A stretch of 60,663 bases of DNA, filler included, from Basidiobolus ranarum (taxonomy: Eukaryota): assembly GCA_040143965.1 (NCBI GenBank). It is 6 parts of 6 records of this genome, joined end to end, with 100 filler letters (N's around TTAATTAATTAA, not from the genome) between each part and the next. Parts side by side here need not be neighbours in the genome. Positions count along the whole stretch, not along the records: positions 40,542 to 50,556 come from JASJQH010000753.1; positions 50,657 to 60,663 come from JASJQH010000754.1; 4 more parts are not named here. One strand, 5' to 3'. The number at the start of each line of letters is the position of its first letter. Position 1 is the first letter of the stretch. The notes under the pieces were generated by a model. That model saw nothing but the letters and a program-made list of their open reading frames with translations. It did not search any database and had not been told where the DNA came from. The position numbers were made by a program, and so were the translations under genes. Shown piece after piece: positions 46,468 to 59,766 of this stretch.

Positions 46468-47942
46468 TTTTAAGGTTCTTGAGCTGTAGACTCGGTGAAT
46501 GTCTTGATGTCGAGTTACTACGATGCCTTTTATAACTACATTTCTTGTCAAATCTCTTCTCAAAAGACTAAGGTGTTGACTGTGCAAGAGGATTGAAATA
46601 CTAATTTAGAAGATAACGATGACTTGAAAAGCCTTTGTGAATCGGGTGCTTTCCTCCTAGAGTAGATCATGTACTTTTTAGGGTTTTCGGTTTTTTAGAT
46701 TAAATACCTGGACTGTTGCGGTGTTTTTGGTGAAAGTAAAGAGTTTACATATGAGAAAGTACTACGTTACTTGGTCAGAATTTAGTGTTGGCCTTACTTG
46801 GCATCATCCTATCGTATCAATACTATTCAATTCATCAAATAGCTGAATGTAAAGTGATAGTTCGCCATAATCACTGCGTCTTCTAAAGGCCATCATTGTG
46901 TAAACTGATTTCCTACACCAGGGAGCGAGAATATATATGATCTAGAACCATGCTTCTAGGATGGAGAAGGCTATTGGTGGAGAAATGTTGACAATTTACT
47001 TTACCTTAAAGGGTAGCCAATTTTTATTAATACACTAAAGACTGGTTGAGAGCTTTACCGCACTTTTGTTAATATTTATTTCTATAGATTTTCGTATATA
47101 TCTATCTATCTTTGTCACAAAATGGAGATGTCAAATCTCCGATCTGTAGATTTCACGATTAGTAAAAGTAACTAACCAAACCCAAGCCACAAATCCAATC
47201 AGTCACTTGATTTCGAATATTCCGCGATCTATGATTGGTCAAACCTCTCAGAAAATGGATTGAACTGAAGCCTTCATATAAAAATCCACAAACATCGGAT
47301 CGGGCACTGGAAGATTTTCTAGAACTGTATAGATCGGGATCAAACTGTTCCATAATGCCCTTCGATAAAAACGCTTGTAACATGTAAACTGTTATGTATC
47401 AGATTTCCTTTCATGCAGCATGTTTCAATAATTATAGCTGAACACTTGGTTTTTCCCTCATTATCAAAATAGAGCTGAGCCTTCCTTTATAAATATTGGA
47501 TTCTGCCCAGTCTTAGTTTGTTTTCTTGATTAAGAATGTTAAATCCACATCTAGTGGCTTAAATGGGTGGGGGTCCTTGGAGCTAATTTACTTGAAATTT
47601 CTAGTTAACTTGCGGTTAAGTGCCTCTTAGGCTCTACCATTATTTATTTACTCTACTAAGCTCCCCTGTATCTGTATCCATCATCAGAAATTCGTCCAAC
47701 AGAGAACTAAATACTGGTTGACTGGATGGCTGTACTCGAAAACTGGATTTTCAAACAAAACTTAATTAACTCAAGGCAGAAACTCCTGTTTATGACTCAT
47801 TTTGCTTGATTAACTATTGCGGACTATGCGGATTAGCCATGCGGATTAGCCATTACACAACTAATATATGCCAGACATATGACTCATCCTAAATGTTCAA
47901 ATAAATATAAAAAGAACTCACTCAGTTATCTCTGCCTCAGCA

Positions 47943-50556
47943 ATGATCACCTCATCAGAAAAGCCAGCTTCTGTTATCCAGGCCTACCCAACATTGGGAG
48001 GTTTCGTATGCAAATTAGATTTCTCCGATGGTTTGTGCACGACAGCTCGACCGGAGATTCGCACTATCATAATTCTTGATCGCTCTGGCTCCATGGAAGG
48101 ACAAGTCTATCGCTTCGTTCATACTGTGCTGCCATCTATGCTAAAAAGACTTGAATACTCTTCGAAGGACTCTATAACGCTAATCCCTTTTGATGAACAA
48201 GCAAGCATTTTAGAATGTACAATTGACCAACTGTATTCATTAAATATTTATCAGGGTGGTGGGACATACATGCATAAAGCAATCGAAAAGCTTACCGAGA
48301 AAATTGCTAAAGAATTGGAGTCGTATTCTTCCTTAAAGGTACCTCCCTTAATCCGTATCCTATCAATTTCAGACGGAGCAATCGGCGACCAAGTACTCAC
48401 CCAGAAACTTGCAGCATCTTTATCAGTAACGCTGAAAAACTCAAACCTGATTGTCAACTCACAGGCTGTTCGATTATTTACTTCATATTCTCAACCGGAC
48501 ACAAGGGCTCTTTCCAGTGTATTGCAATTCAATACTGTGAATTCAGCTACTTTGGTTGATGTTTTGTCGTCACTTCCAGATCAAGAGATTTCCGAAACAT
48601 TGGCTTCCTTGTTTAGAGATGATGGACTAGTAGAATCAAGCACCTTGAGCTCTACAATTCCTGTATTTCGTCTTAATCCCTGGCAAGAGTTGCCCGTACA
48701 GTCTATCTCCGTACGCGTTGGAGAGAACACATTTTGGATGTCGGAGCTTCCTGAATCTTGTACTCTCAGTGATGAGAATGTGTTCTTTTCCGTCCAAGAA
48801 TCATTGTCGTGGGGTCCTTATAGCCTACTCATCAGAAATAAGATGGAGCTCTTTCTTCAAAAAATGCGTGTCCTAAAAGTCATTGACACTTCTCATTCAC
48901 AAATTGAAATTGATCTTATGCTGGATTACTTTGAGAAACTCGAAAAGTCTTGGGAGCCACAGGATCCAAGTGTCAATATTGCAGATGGCAACATCAATGG
49001 CTTGAAATCTCGATTCAGTCATTTGAAACAATTGATCTTGCGAAAGAAAAAGTCAATCGTCACAACCTTCTCTCAAATAGCCAATGACCAGAAGGTTGGT
49101 AAGCTAAATGCTGCTCAGCAAGCTGACTATCTGCGTTCTGCTGAGTTGACAAAGCGGTCCAAAGGCCTTGCGCGTCGAGCAGTCTCTGCCACTAATGGAT
49201 TGGATTTTGATACAGTGATGAGAGAAGAAGTTTGTGCTATGCATACAAACCTTCACGAGTTGGCTGATGTGGACGACTCTGACCATAACGTCTCTTTCTA
49301 CTCACAAGAGACTACTCTAGCGGGTATCCGCGCTGTATGTATGCTTGTTGAAGAAAACCTGATCGATGATGTGGATATCAATGAGGTTATACAATTGTTG
49401 AATCTTGTTGGTATTCCTTGCAGTCATCACATTGGAGAATATCCAGACCCAATGACATTTCGTCTCAGCAATATCATGGTTGGAAGCTTCGTCAGTTTGT
49501 CGGATGTCCTCGTCGCTCATATTCAGAGTAACGGACAAATCCTGCGCACTCCTGGAACTAATCATGAAATTAGTAATGTTATTCCTGTTTTTGAAGACGA
49601 GCGTATCTTACGTTTCCTGTCTAAATATGCTCCAACAATGCTAGAGTACACCGCTAGTGTGGGTATGAGACGCATGTTGGCTGATGTGCCTTTGACCTTT
49701 GCTTACACATCCCTGGCGGGAATATGGAGAATGGTCGAGGAATTAAACTTGAACAAATCGGAAATTAACATTCGTACATTTATCCAGCTCGTTCAAAATT
49801 TCCGTATATATTCCGCTAAATTCTTTACTCATATCACCAAGTACTTGAAGCCACAAGAGCAATGCTCTACTATTTCTCTTTACCTCGCAAATCACGGAGT
49901 CATCGATTTGATATCTCCAATGATTTCCCGATTACAAGACTCAGATTTTCCCACGGTGCTGCCTGCTCTGATGCGCGCCTTGTATACATTTGAAGTGTGG
50001 CAGATCATTCGAAAGATGTACAAGAATCAGGAGAGAAGTAAGGATATAATTGAATCTGCTCTGAATCAACTTCTCAACGTTGATCTCGACAAGACTCGCA
50101 CCGTTCCAATGCCGCTTTTTAAAGAAGAGCCTGCCAAACCAACTTTTTGCCGATCATATGAGCGTAATGAAGACTATTTGGATGAGTTGATGAAAAAAAT
50201 TGCCTTTATAGATTACATATCACTGCTCTCACCTTTCTTGGAGGCGACCGTTCGCCAAGGCCTGACCATGGAAGAGAGGATATCTTTAATCAGAGACATT
50301 CCTACGATGACAGATGAATCGGTATCCAATGCATTGGGAATTCCGTATGACCTGAGGGCTTTTAAGTTCTATAATATTGCTCAAGCCTTTCTCTACACTA
50401 CTATGAAAGAAAGAATTGACGGATCAGAGACGATGACAATCCCGGATCTCGGAAAACGGTACTTGGGAGAGCGTATGATTAGCAAATATGTTTGCAAGCG
50501 TCATCGTGACAAGTACTTCTATGATGTATCCATCAAAGGAAAGGAGGAACAAATTG
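47943..50556 (+). CDS. large intronless VWA-domain protein (3' truncated)
   Basis: MIDAS motif IIILDRSGSM, GGTYM and ILSISDG; more than 870 codons uninterrupted. Confidence 0.85.
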
Positions 50557-50656
50557 NNNNNNNNNNNNNNNNNNNNNNNNNNNNNNNNNNNNNNNNNNNN
50601 TTAATTAATTAANNNNNNNNNNNNNNNNNNNNNNNNNNNNNNNNNNNNNNNNNNNN
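50557..50656. other. artificial contig linker
   Basis: N44-TTAATTAATTAA-N44. Confidence 0.97.
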
Positions 50657-53600
50657 GGAATGAGTCAACATTTAATGGGATACTCGACCCCTCCAACCCA
50701 AGCAAATCGGCAACTTGAGAGACTTGAAGCTCATTAGACTCACTTAGTGGCATACTAGAGATTAGATTCTCTTCCGCAACTTGTGTATCCAAAGATGCGA
50801 CTAAAGCTAATTCCGACTCTGCTAGCTTCTCAGGGGAGTCCAATATATCACACAAAAACTCTGCATTTGGTATTTGGATTGATTCAATCATGATTGGGCT
50901 AAGCCCAAGCTCGTCAGCTAAAGTCATACCTTGGTATCCGGAAATTGAAACATACGAAGTTTCCATAGATTGCTCTCCGGTAGAACCTCTTTCAGATACC
51001 AATACCAGTTGGCCTTCCCCTGAACTGACTTCAGATCCATCATTCATAGAGTGACCGTCTCCAACACTAATCTCCGAGTTACTGTATTCTTTTTCTTGAG
51101 GTTCAAGGGAAGGAGTAACAGTGCGCAAATCGTCATCATTAGTAAGCTGGTCTTGGATGGCGTACGAGTCATTAAATGGGCTAATATTTTTGTCACAATC
51201 CAATGAAGTCTCCACCAAGCTATCTGCATTTGCAGCCCCAAGTATTTCCAGTTGGCGATCTAACAAATACGATAAAATATCACCTTCATTGACTGAAGTA
51301 TCTAATTCGGTTATCAGAGGAGAATTCGCGTCAACCTGAATCTCCTCTGCAACTTCCGGACTAGTAGCCTCTTCAACCAGTTGATATATCTCATGGTCAC
51401 CCGATGCGAAGTCACTTCTGAATGCTTCAACTCCCATCATTAGTTGGGCAACAATAGCCTCGGGAGACTCTTCAGGAAACGAGTCTTCAGATGTAGATCT
51501 GAGAGAAGCAACATCCTGAAATTCATCATCTTCAGCGATCTCGTTCTCATCTTTGGATTTAATTTCCGTGAGTGGGCTGGAGATTTCCGACACATATTCA
51601 AAGGAATAATCCTCAGGAGGATTTCCTTCTTCTTCCGAATGCCTATCGTCTACAGTCTCTTCATAAACATCTTCAACTTTGGCCATCAATACAGCAGGGT
51701 CTACGAAAGGATCTTGACTATCAAAGTTGGATTCTTGGGTGAAATCCTCATCCTCGGAAATGGCTTCAAAATCCTCTGGATGGTAGTCGGACATGAGCTC
51801 TTCATCAACGGTGAAATTGATTTCCGACTCTAAAGGATTTGGACTCGATTCAGTCACCAAATGGTTCTCTTCCTCTTCAACCATCTCTTTGTCTCTTACA
51901 TAATTGAACTCACCGTCAGGGGTCTCTGTGGCAGTAAGTATGTTCTCGTCATTTGCTTCATCTTCTGGTAGTATTCTTTCCTCTTCAGAAGGCTCCTCCT
52001 CCTCAATAATTACAGGAGGCAATGTATTCGAATCTTTAACTTCTTCATCGAATCCAACCATCTCTTGAAATATTTCATTCAGTTCCTGTTCATCCATCTC
52101 TTGGACCATGGATGAGGATTGAGAAGGATTGAAATTGTATGGTTGGTAGCTTGGAATCGGTAACTCCGAATGCATCCAAGAACTATCCAATAACGCAGTG
52201 TGATCAGGTGATTTGGCATCGAATGGAGGCTTTGGTGTAGAATGGATCTCACCCTCAAAAGGCTGGAATTTAAATTCCCTATGAGGTGAAGGGGTCCTCG
52301 ACTCACGGAAGATAGCTCGGTCACTAGTAACGCCATCGTTTGAAAGATGAACCAAGAAATGATCCGATTCAAAATCACCCAAGAAGCTATCCCATGGATT
52401 ATCTACATCATCCATTGGGTTAATTGCAAAAGTCTTTTCTGGTTTTGCAATAGGAGTGGTGCAGATGGTAGTAGGAGTGGCTTCCGCTTCATTTGGAACT
52501 TCATCTAGAATAATTAGTTGTTCGTCAAAGGTTTCCTCCAGATTTTCGGAATATATGGAAGGGGAACTCTGAGCGGTGTTTACGTTGATAGTAGGAAGAG
52601 CGGGAGAAAGGTCGGACGAATCAACGTCCATATGCTTGTTCTCAGTTTCATCTATGGATGGAATAGATATGTTGTCTAACACATCTTGGACTTTTTCGTT
52701 CATCTCCTCCTCGTGTATGGGATTTTGACTCATATCTTGAATCTTCAGAGAGCTGGGCAATGGAGAGAGGGGAGAAGAAGGGTCGAACTCGTGGAAGTTG
52801 TGAACAAATAGCTCAGCTTTTTCTTTACTACTAATCTTCTGTTGACTTTGCTCGACTACCTCTTGGTCCAAGAATGTAAGAATCTCATCCACAGACTCCA
52901 TCTGCTCAAGGTCCATCACTGGTATTTCACCTTCTTTGGGGAAGAACTGATCAAAGGTCTCAAGGTCAGTGATCTCGTGCAACTCTTCTTGATCTCTCAT
53001 TTGGTCGGTTATATCCACTTCCACTGGTTGATTATCTTTCAAAAATATTGGAATGATTTCATTCTTAAACAATCCCTGATACTCAACACTCTCCTCCCAA
53101 AGCTGGTAGCGGTTGATGAATACTCTGGATAACAGCCAATGATGCAATCCAAGATCGCTACCATTGATGCTTTGTAGGTCCAGTGGAGGCTCTACCTGTA
53201 TGGTGCTGTCATTCATTTCCACCAATACTTTACGTCCCATGGTCCGCTGACGAGGACTTGCTTGAGGGTCTTTGGATTGATTGCTTTGAAGTTGTGTTAA
53301 TATTTCCAGCATATATTCCAAACGACTGGCCCCCTCTGGGGATATGGTAGGCCCATATTCACCTCTCTGTCCGGTGGAGTATATTTGAATGATGTTTTGT
53401 ATGGTCTACACATGTAGCTCCATACAAGGTATACCAATAATACCCGCATCAAATTGATCGTTCTCTTGAAGTACAGACTCAAATAATGCTCGGTATCCAC
53501 GATAGTTTTCTTTCGGATGCATGTGTACCATTAGCTCATTTAGTGTTTGCTTCAGCTTACGTGGAACCAATTTCCAAGATTTGTTCAATCTTCTAACCTC

Positions 53601-54646
53601 CGGATTAGTCAACGCTTTCATCACCGCGACAAAACTGTTGAAGTTTCGATAGGCATGAAGCAGTAGATAGGCAGTACGTATCATATGAACGATGATATCC
53701 TCCCGGTGTACCTCAGGGAAGTTAGAGCTCACCTCAGACCCTGCGATGATTTGATGGGCAAAACTAGATTCAATGTATTTGTGAAGATCTAAGCACCCTT
53801 GAATTCTCGTTGATTGTGTTTCTGAAGATAGTAAATCATCAGGAATCACTACTTTCGCAAATAACTGCGCCTCAATGATGGTCAGTTGCTTAGCAACCGC
53901 ATCTGGACTCCATGTAGTGATTAACACATCAGTTACGGACTGTACCTGTGCGTTAACTGTGTCAAGATTACTTCGATGAATATTGACATCCTCGGTTAAT
54001 CGGTGTAACACTTCTGAAGCAGTGGAAGATTTGGAATGTTTGCTTAAGGCCAATTTATGACTGGCAGAAGCTAGTGAGCTGGAATGAATGATCGACATCT
54101 GGGTTAGAGGCGACAGTGGTATAAGTGGAAGGGTAGTTTCAATAGTGATCACATTCTCCCTTTCCAATGAAGAATTAGTAACTCCCCCTTCTTGGGAGGG
54201 AAATGGATAAGTATCCGGAGAATGAATACTCCAATTTCGAATAATGTCTTCGGCAGTTTGCAGACATTTATGTGAAAGCGTAAAAAGATTGTATACGTGA
54301 TTTGGCAACGACGTAACTCTGTCTATTATACAAGTTTAGTAAGTAAAAAAATGAAAGTGGAAATTTAAGTTCACACTTTTCCCAAACTCTATCTGGTTGA
54401 AGAGAAGAGGAAAAGAAAATTTATACTTACTTTTATCTTCAAACACCACCTCATCCGAAAGCTGAAGAATTAAAGTGAACGCAGCTTTAAGGTAATTTTC
54501 ATATCCGTTCTAGTCAAGAGAAATTAGGGGTTTAGTTAGCCGAGAACATTCAAAAGTACTTGAGTTAGAAGTGTTTGATTTACCTTTAGATCACCAGTTG
54601 TGAAGTCGGTAACGGCATTTTTTAGGACCTGCTCAAAGGCCGCCAT
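50657..54646 (-). CDS. divergent RasGEF-domain protein with very long acidic C-terminal region; in-frame TAG at 53406-53408; 3' truncated
   Basis: Start MAAFEQVLKNAVTDF plus two short introns. WSPDAVAKQLTIIEAQLF, YRNFNSFVAVMKALTNPEVRRLNKSW and NYRGYR. The same frame resumes after the TAG into ORF 50601-53321 (GLHHWLLSRVF). Confidence 0.7.
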
Positions 54647-57639
54647 GAGGTATTATTATGCTAGTAACTGGTATAGAATTTATGTTTGTTCAAGAACTCT
54701 GTCTTACAAGTGGTTCTATATAACTCTCACTAAACCTATTGGGGCACTAATTCTATTTGAACAAAGTAGGACTAGCAAATTGAGTACGAGAGTATAAATA
54801 GACAAAAGAGAAGAATTCAGTTCACCACTCTAACTTTCCACTTTCTTAAATTAAAGTGCTGTTAAGCAAAGTGAAAACCAATGAAGAAAAGTATAAAGAG
54901 AAAGGTATAATAATTGAAAAGTCTACAGAGAAACTTACAAACGATTAAAAGAAAATGTGGTCAAGAAAAAGCATAGGGCATTCCCCTTCTAAACGAGATG
55001 TATGAGCTTTCTATCGAAATATGATCATTGCTCAATATCCTTCAATGCATATCCACAGCTTTCACGTTGTAATAGATTAGAATTCAGTCGATATTTTATT
55101 TTGATCCATCTGAAGCAAAACCCTCCTGCAATTAGTAAAGTAAAGCGCTGATTTTGAAATAATGAGTTTTGGATCCAGTGTCATTTGTGCCATGTGAATT
55201 CGAGACATTTTGATAATACCAATGCGATATAATATGATTTAAGAGTCAGATCAATAACAACTTGAGTGATAGATGGATGCTGCTTCTTCCAAACTGAGTA
55301 GCCTTTTAATTAGTCTCACTTTCAATTGCAGCAGGTCTCAATTTGATTGGCCGGTCTTAATACGTTTGAGAGGAGGAATGGAGGGAAGGGGATGGACGTA
55401 CTATAAGCTTTCCGGATTAATCTTGAGAAAGTTACTATAATTTAGGCAGTTTGATTTAGGTAGACTTTGGTGCTATTCAAAAGGAACAGCCATTGCTTCC
55501 TTGAGTCACATCAAATGTTACATCTAGCAATGGCGAATCTAGCCCTATGTTCTCCTAGAATACTGGATGATTTGGCATCCTTCAACTCTTAAATTATATT
55601 GTAGAATATTTTCAATCATGACAGATAAATTAAATATGGTTGCCATCTAACTCCATCCATCTGAGCGATATATTCTAGAATACATATTTCTCTTTCAACT
55701 AAGATCACATTCAGGATGGGATGGAGACTGGGTACTGGCAAGCTGACTACTATCAGCTTAAGTCCATGACCCCGAAAGCAAAAATGACTAGGTTGTACCT
55801 CACGCCCTAAGCAAACTGGGGTTACCCAGCAATTGGGCCGATTTTCTAATCCAAAAGCACATGGGTTTTTTTCTCGTGATCGATCCAAAGCAGTCTGCCA
55901 GATTTGCGACGATAAAGAGTGTTCACTCTGTTTAATGCCAAGACGCCAACAGCATCACCAATGGCGATGTTGATCGACGAAGAATGAATTCGAAGCGGAA
56001 CTGAGTTTAATAGAGTGCCTTTGGAGGATGAGCTTTAATGATAATCAGTCATTCTTTACTTCATTCCACACATATGCAGTGACCAGAGACTCTAAAGAGG
56101 ATGATTACATCTAGAATAGCTTCGCAATTCATCATATAAACATGAGTTTACTTAACCCTAAATGTGCCTCGGAAAGCACCCTATGGACGGAGATACCGGA
56201 GGGTAGATGAATGAATGCTATATGTGTAAAGGTGCAACAGAATAGATCACTACCGCTTCAGACACATGGTTGAGTGTGTACAATGCATTATACTACCAAT
56301 AGATTATCTAAGCACTATATATAAACAAATTCCCCATTTTGGAAAGGAATATCTCGGATGGAGCAAATCATCTGGTTCCATTTCACTACTGCAACCATTG
56401 AAAATTAGTTTGGATAGTTGGCAGATGTCTCAGGAAGCGAATCTTTAGATTATAAACAATCCAGGATACCCAATAGGGCACCATATGAATCAAACTCCGT
56501 GAATAGTTGTCAACCGTAGGATGAGAATGAGAGTCGGTTTCCTCTATGATCTGTAGCTATTATGAAGTTCCAAATATCCAAAATTGTAACCGTACACAAG
56601 ATACACTTTGGTGCCGATGCGTCAGAAATGCAAGTTCAATCCCAGGCGGATAGCTAATACAGCGAGGAAATTCTCATTATGGGCCATAAATAGGCTGAAG
56701 GCTACTCGGCAAGTTGCTACTATAATGGGCTACAATGGTAGCGATAGTAATGCTGTGGTTGTGGCTTCTCTAAGAACAAATTGAAAGCTAATATGGACAT
56801 TCATCTTCACCATATACGGCAATACCCTTTATGGTTTGATTACCTTTCAATTATCAGCTATACCTCTCAATGTACATTCTAGTTATTCCAAGCCAATTAA
56901 CTTGTGGGTTTTTTTTGATTTCAAGTCGATCACTACAAGTGGAGTGCTAATGCTTTTAGCATCTCACATCTTCAGTCTCAGCCTCAGTTTCAGACATTCC
57001 TGCCAAGTACAATTCGGCTGGTTTCCCAGTCTGATGTATTTATAGCTGAGTGCAGTTTCCCTGAGAACCGATTCTATGCATAAACAGGCTATTCCGCTTG
57101 GTCATGAACTACACCTTAGACGTGCTCTGAATTAGAGGTTGATTGACACCAATTATAGTTAATCTAATGATCTTGTGACGTACCCCTGTACTGGTTTGTA
57201 CCTAAGAATATTGAAGTTGAAGAAAAGTAAACAGCGTCTTCAGCTACTGTTAAATGAGGTTAGAAGTTTAATAAGTTGATAGACTGTTGCATCAGAGATA
57301 CATCCGTAACAAATCAAATGTAGGATTGCTTTTAGTACCATTCGAGATGGATAGGTGAGGAATGTTCAAATGTTAGTGCGAGAGATGAAGATATGCATTT
57401 AAAAGTATAAACATGTTGATTTGAAAATCAAATGAAATCGTCGAGAAGTGACAATATGGAGGGTAAGAAAGGAGTAGACAAATACATTCAAACATAAATA
57501 CAGCGTGTTCCATTTCCTCTGCCAAGATGTATACATCATGTCTTGTAAAGTGAAAGGAACAGTTAACAAAAATATACATGCTATGATATGATTCAAATAA
57601 GCAGTGGATAAGTGCCAAGGCTTTTGTGGTATAGTTCGC

Positions 57640-59766
57640 TCAAGAGCGCGCTTTGGAAAAGGGGTTCATTTTGCGCGTAAGCTGTGGTGATCCTTGATTG
57701 GGAACACCACCCAAAATATGTTGCTCACTATGGTCTATCTTCAGCGATTGAATCTTAATCTTAGTCAAATCATTTCCTTCTTCAATACGTTGACTTCTTC
57801 GGTTTAGCGCTTCCACAAGACATTCTCGCGAGACATAGGAGAATGGTGCTGCTTCTGAACCACGAGTGGATCCAACGTTGCCAACTAGCGATTGTCTTGG
57901 AGATGCCGAAGAACGTAGATTTTTAGGCGAATTTGGCGCAATAGAATGTGTCTGATTCGGTGACTGAATAGGTTTAGACAAATTAGTGACTTCGTCCAGC
58001 GAGGTTAGAGTCACAGAAACAGGGCTAAACAAGACCTCTGGGGCAGATGCACCAACACTATGTCTGTTTTTTGGTCGAAATGAAAACGAGGACCGCTTAC
58101 TGTTATAATTGATATCTGTCTCATTGTAACGACTTCCGAGGCTTAGATGCAAATGCTGTTTAATATTTCCCAGAGTGTCTCGTATTCCACCAGTACTATT
58201 GTGTTTGTCCATATAGACATCCTCCTCAATGCTACTTGGATTGGATGAAGATGACGAAAATACAGAATTTTGTGATGTGGTAGAGCTTAAGCGATCAGAT
58301 GCTTTCTCGGAAACGGGCTTTTTGTACTCACGTTGAGCACTAAGTTCATCTACTTGGCGCTCGGGAATCCAAGTACGCGTTAAAATGTAGTGGGTAATAA
58401 CCTGTTGAGCGGTGTAAAGATCTTCATCACTAAACTCCTTCCTTCGTCGCAGTAAATGCATTTTTTCCCAGCTGTTGGAGGATGGGCATTCTGATGACGT
58501 ACCAAATGTAAAAAGTCTGGATTTCGATTTGAGGTATCCTGGATGAGGTGTAGATGAATATTTAGGACCAGCCAAGTAACAGCGAAGAATGGTAAGTAAT
58601 TCTTGAACTCTAGGATCTTCGGTGGGTGAGAGCTTGCGATCTGTATTTAAGATTCCAGGATATGAAGAAGCATGCACATGTTTGGGCGACATAGGCGACG
58701 AAGTAGAACTGGTTTTTTTAACTGCAGCTAGCAAATAGGTTATATCCATAATGAAAACCCCAAGGAATGGTATTGTAGGTTTTGTGACAGGAACGATTTG
58801 ACGGTCTTCAAGGTCTTGTTTCTTTATAGCACTTCCGTTGATCATGGTCTCTCGGTATCTTTCATAGTTATCTTTCTCACTCATTAGATCGGTTAGGGCT
58901 TCTAATCGCACGATGGTCTTTTTAGGAATACAAGCCCAGGTACGCTTGAGTCTTTGAATAGGTGGAGTTCCCGTAGCACTAAGCACAGCTTTAAGTGTCT
59001 GGAAGTTATTCAGTTCATAAAGTCTGGTCGCAATCTTGACCCAATAATTCAATGCTTGAGCTCTATGCGAAGCTTCCGAAGAAGATAGAATTGATATCTC
59101 GATAATACGCGTAAGATAATTAAAGAAATCCGTTGATGCCACAATACTAGGATGCGGTGTCCGTGGAGAATGTGTCAACAAGGCTTCAGGTGGGATTCTT
59201 TGAAACAATGCAGATTCAATCAATGTGAGCTGGTACGCAACAAGGTAAGATGAGAAGGAGGTGATGCTAACGGTAGAGGATGCAAGGTGTATAAGGTTAT
59301 TTACTTTTCCCAAAGTAGCTTGAGTTGAAGATATGCTGGAGCACAAATTCTGGGCGGCCTCGGTATTGTTGTCACTGTATTCCTCCACACCTTTATTCGA
59401 GGTTCCCATCACGATCATCATATCGTTCGCGGTTTGCAACTTCTCGCTTAAAGTAGCAAAAGATGTGACCAAAGGTGACTTTGGGATATGAGGAATATTA
59501 TCAGAGATTTCGCTTTCCTCATCGAGTAGAGGAGGCACCAATACATTGGGATCAACACAACCTTCAGGACATATATTTAGGTAAGTTCGCGGCGGTAGTA
59601 TCATATTTGTGGGAATAGGTAAGGGGGATATCTCAAACATCTTCAAGTTGGGTGAATCCGGAGGTGATATTGAGAGTGATGGTGATTCGGGGGAGCGATC
59701 AGCGTCAGAGTCATCGCCAGAGGTGTCCATCAAATGAGTATTGGAAACTAAAAGGTATGAGCCCAT
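57640..59766 (-). CDS. RasGEF (CDC25-like) domain protein
   Basis: VAYQLTLIESALF, FFNYLTRII, LNNFQTLKAVLSA...PIQRLKRTW, NYERYRE and TIPFLGVFIMDITYL; 708 aa, intronless. Confidence 0.92.
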   Translation of the reverse strand: MGSYLLVSNTHLMDTSGDDSDADRSPESPSLSISPPDSPNLKMFEISPLPIPTNMILPPRTYLNICPEGCVDPNVLVPPLLDEESEISDNIPHIPKSPLVTSFATLSEKLQTANDMMIVMGTSNKGVEEYSDNNTEAAQNLCSSISSTQATLGKVNNLIHLASSTVSITSFSSYLVAYQLTLIESALFQRIPPEALLTHSPRTPHPSIVASTDFFNYLTRIIEISILSSSEASHRAQALNYWVKIATRLYELNNFQTLKAVLSATGTPPIQRLKRTWACIPKKTIVRLEALTDLMSEKDNYERYRETMINGSAIKKQDLEDRQIVPVTKPTIPFLGVFIMDITYLLAAVKKTSSTSSPMSPKHVHASSYPGILNTDRKLSPTEDPRVQELLTILRCYLAGPKYSSTPHPGYLKSKSRLFTFGTSSECPSSNSWEKMHLLRRRKEFSDEDLYTAQQVITHYILTRTWIPERQVDELSAQREYKKPVSEKASDRLSSTTSQNSVFSSSSSNPSSIEEDVYMDKHNSTGGIRDTLGNIKQHLHLSLGSRYNETDINYNSKRSSFSFRPKNRHSVGASAPEVLFSPVSVTLTSLDEVTNLSKPIQSPNQTHSIAPNSPKNLRSSASPRQSLVGNVGSTRGSEAAPFSYVSRECLVEALNRRSQRIEEGNDLTKIKIQSLKIDHSEQHILGGVPNQGSPQLTRKMNPFSKARS

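Noticed and set aside
54900-57600. Long gene-free stretch with short ORFs
   Set aside because: No coding motifs, repeats or RNA gene signatures recognised; treated as intergenic.
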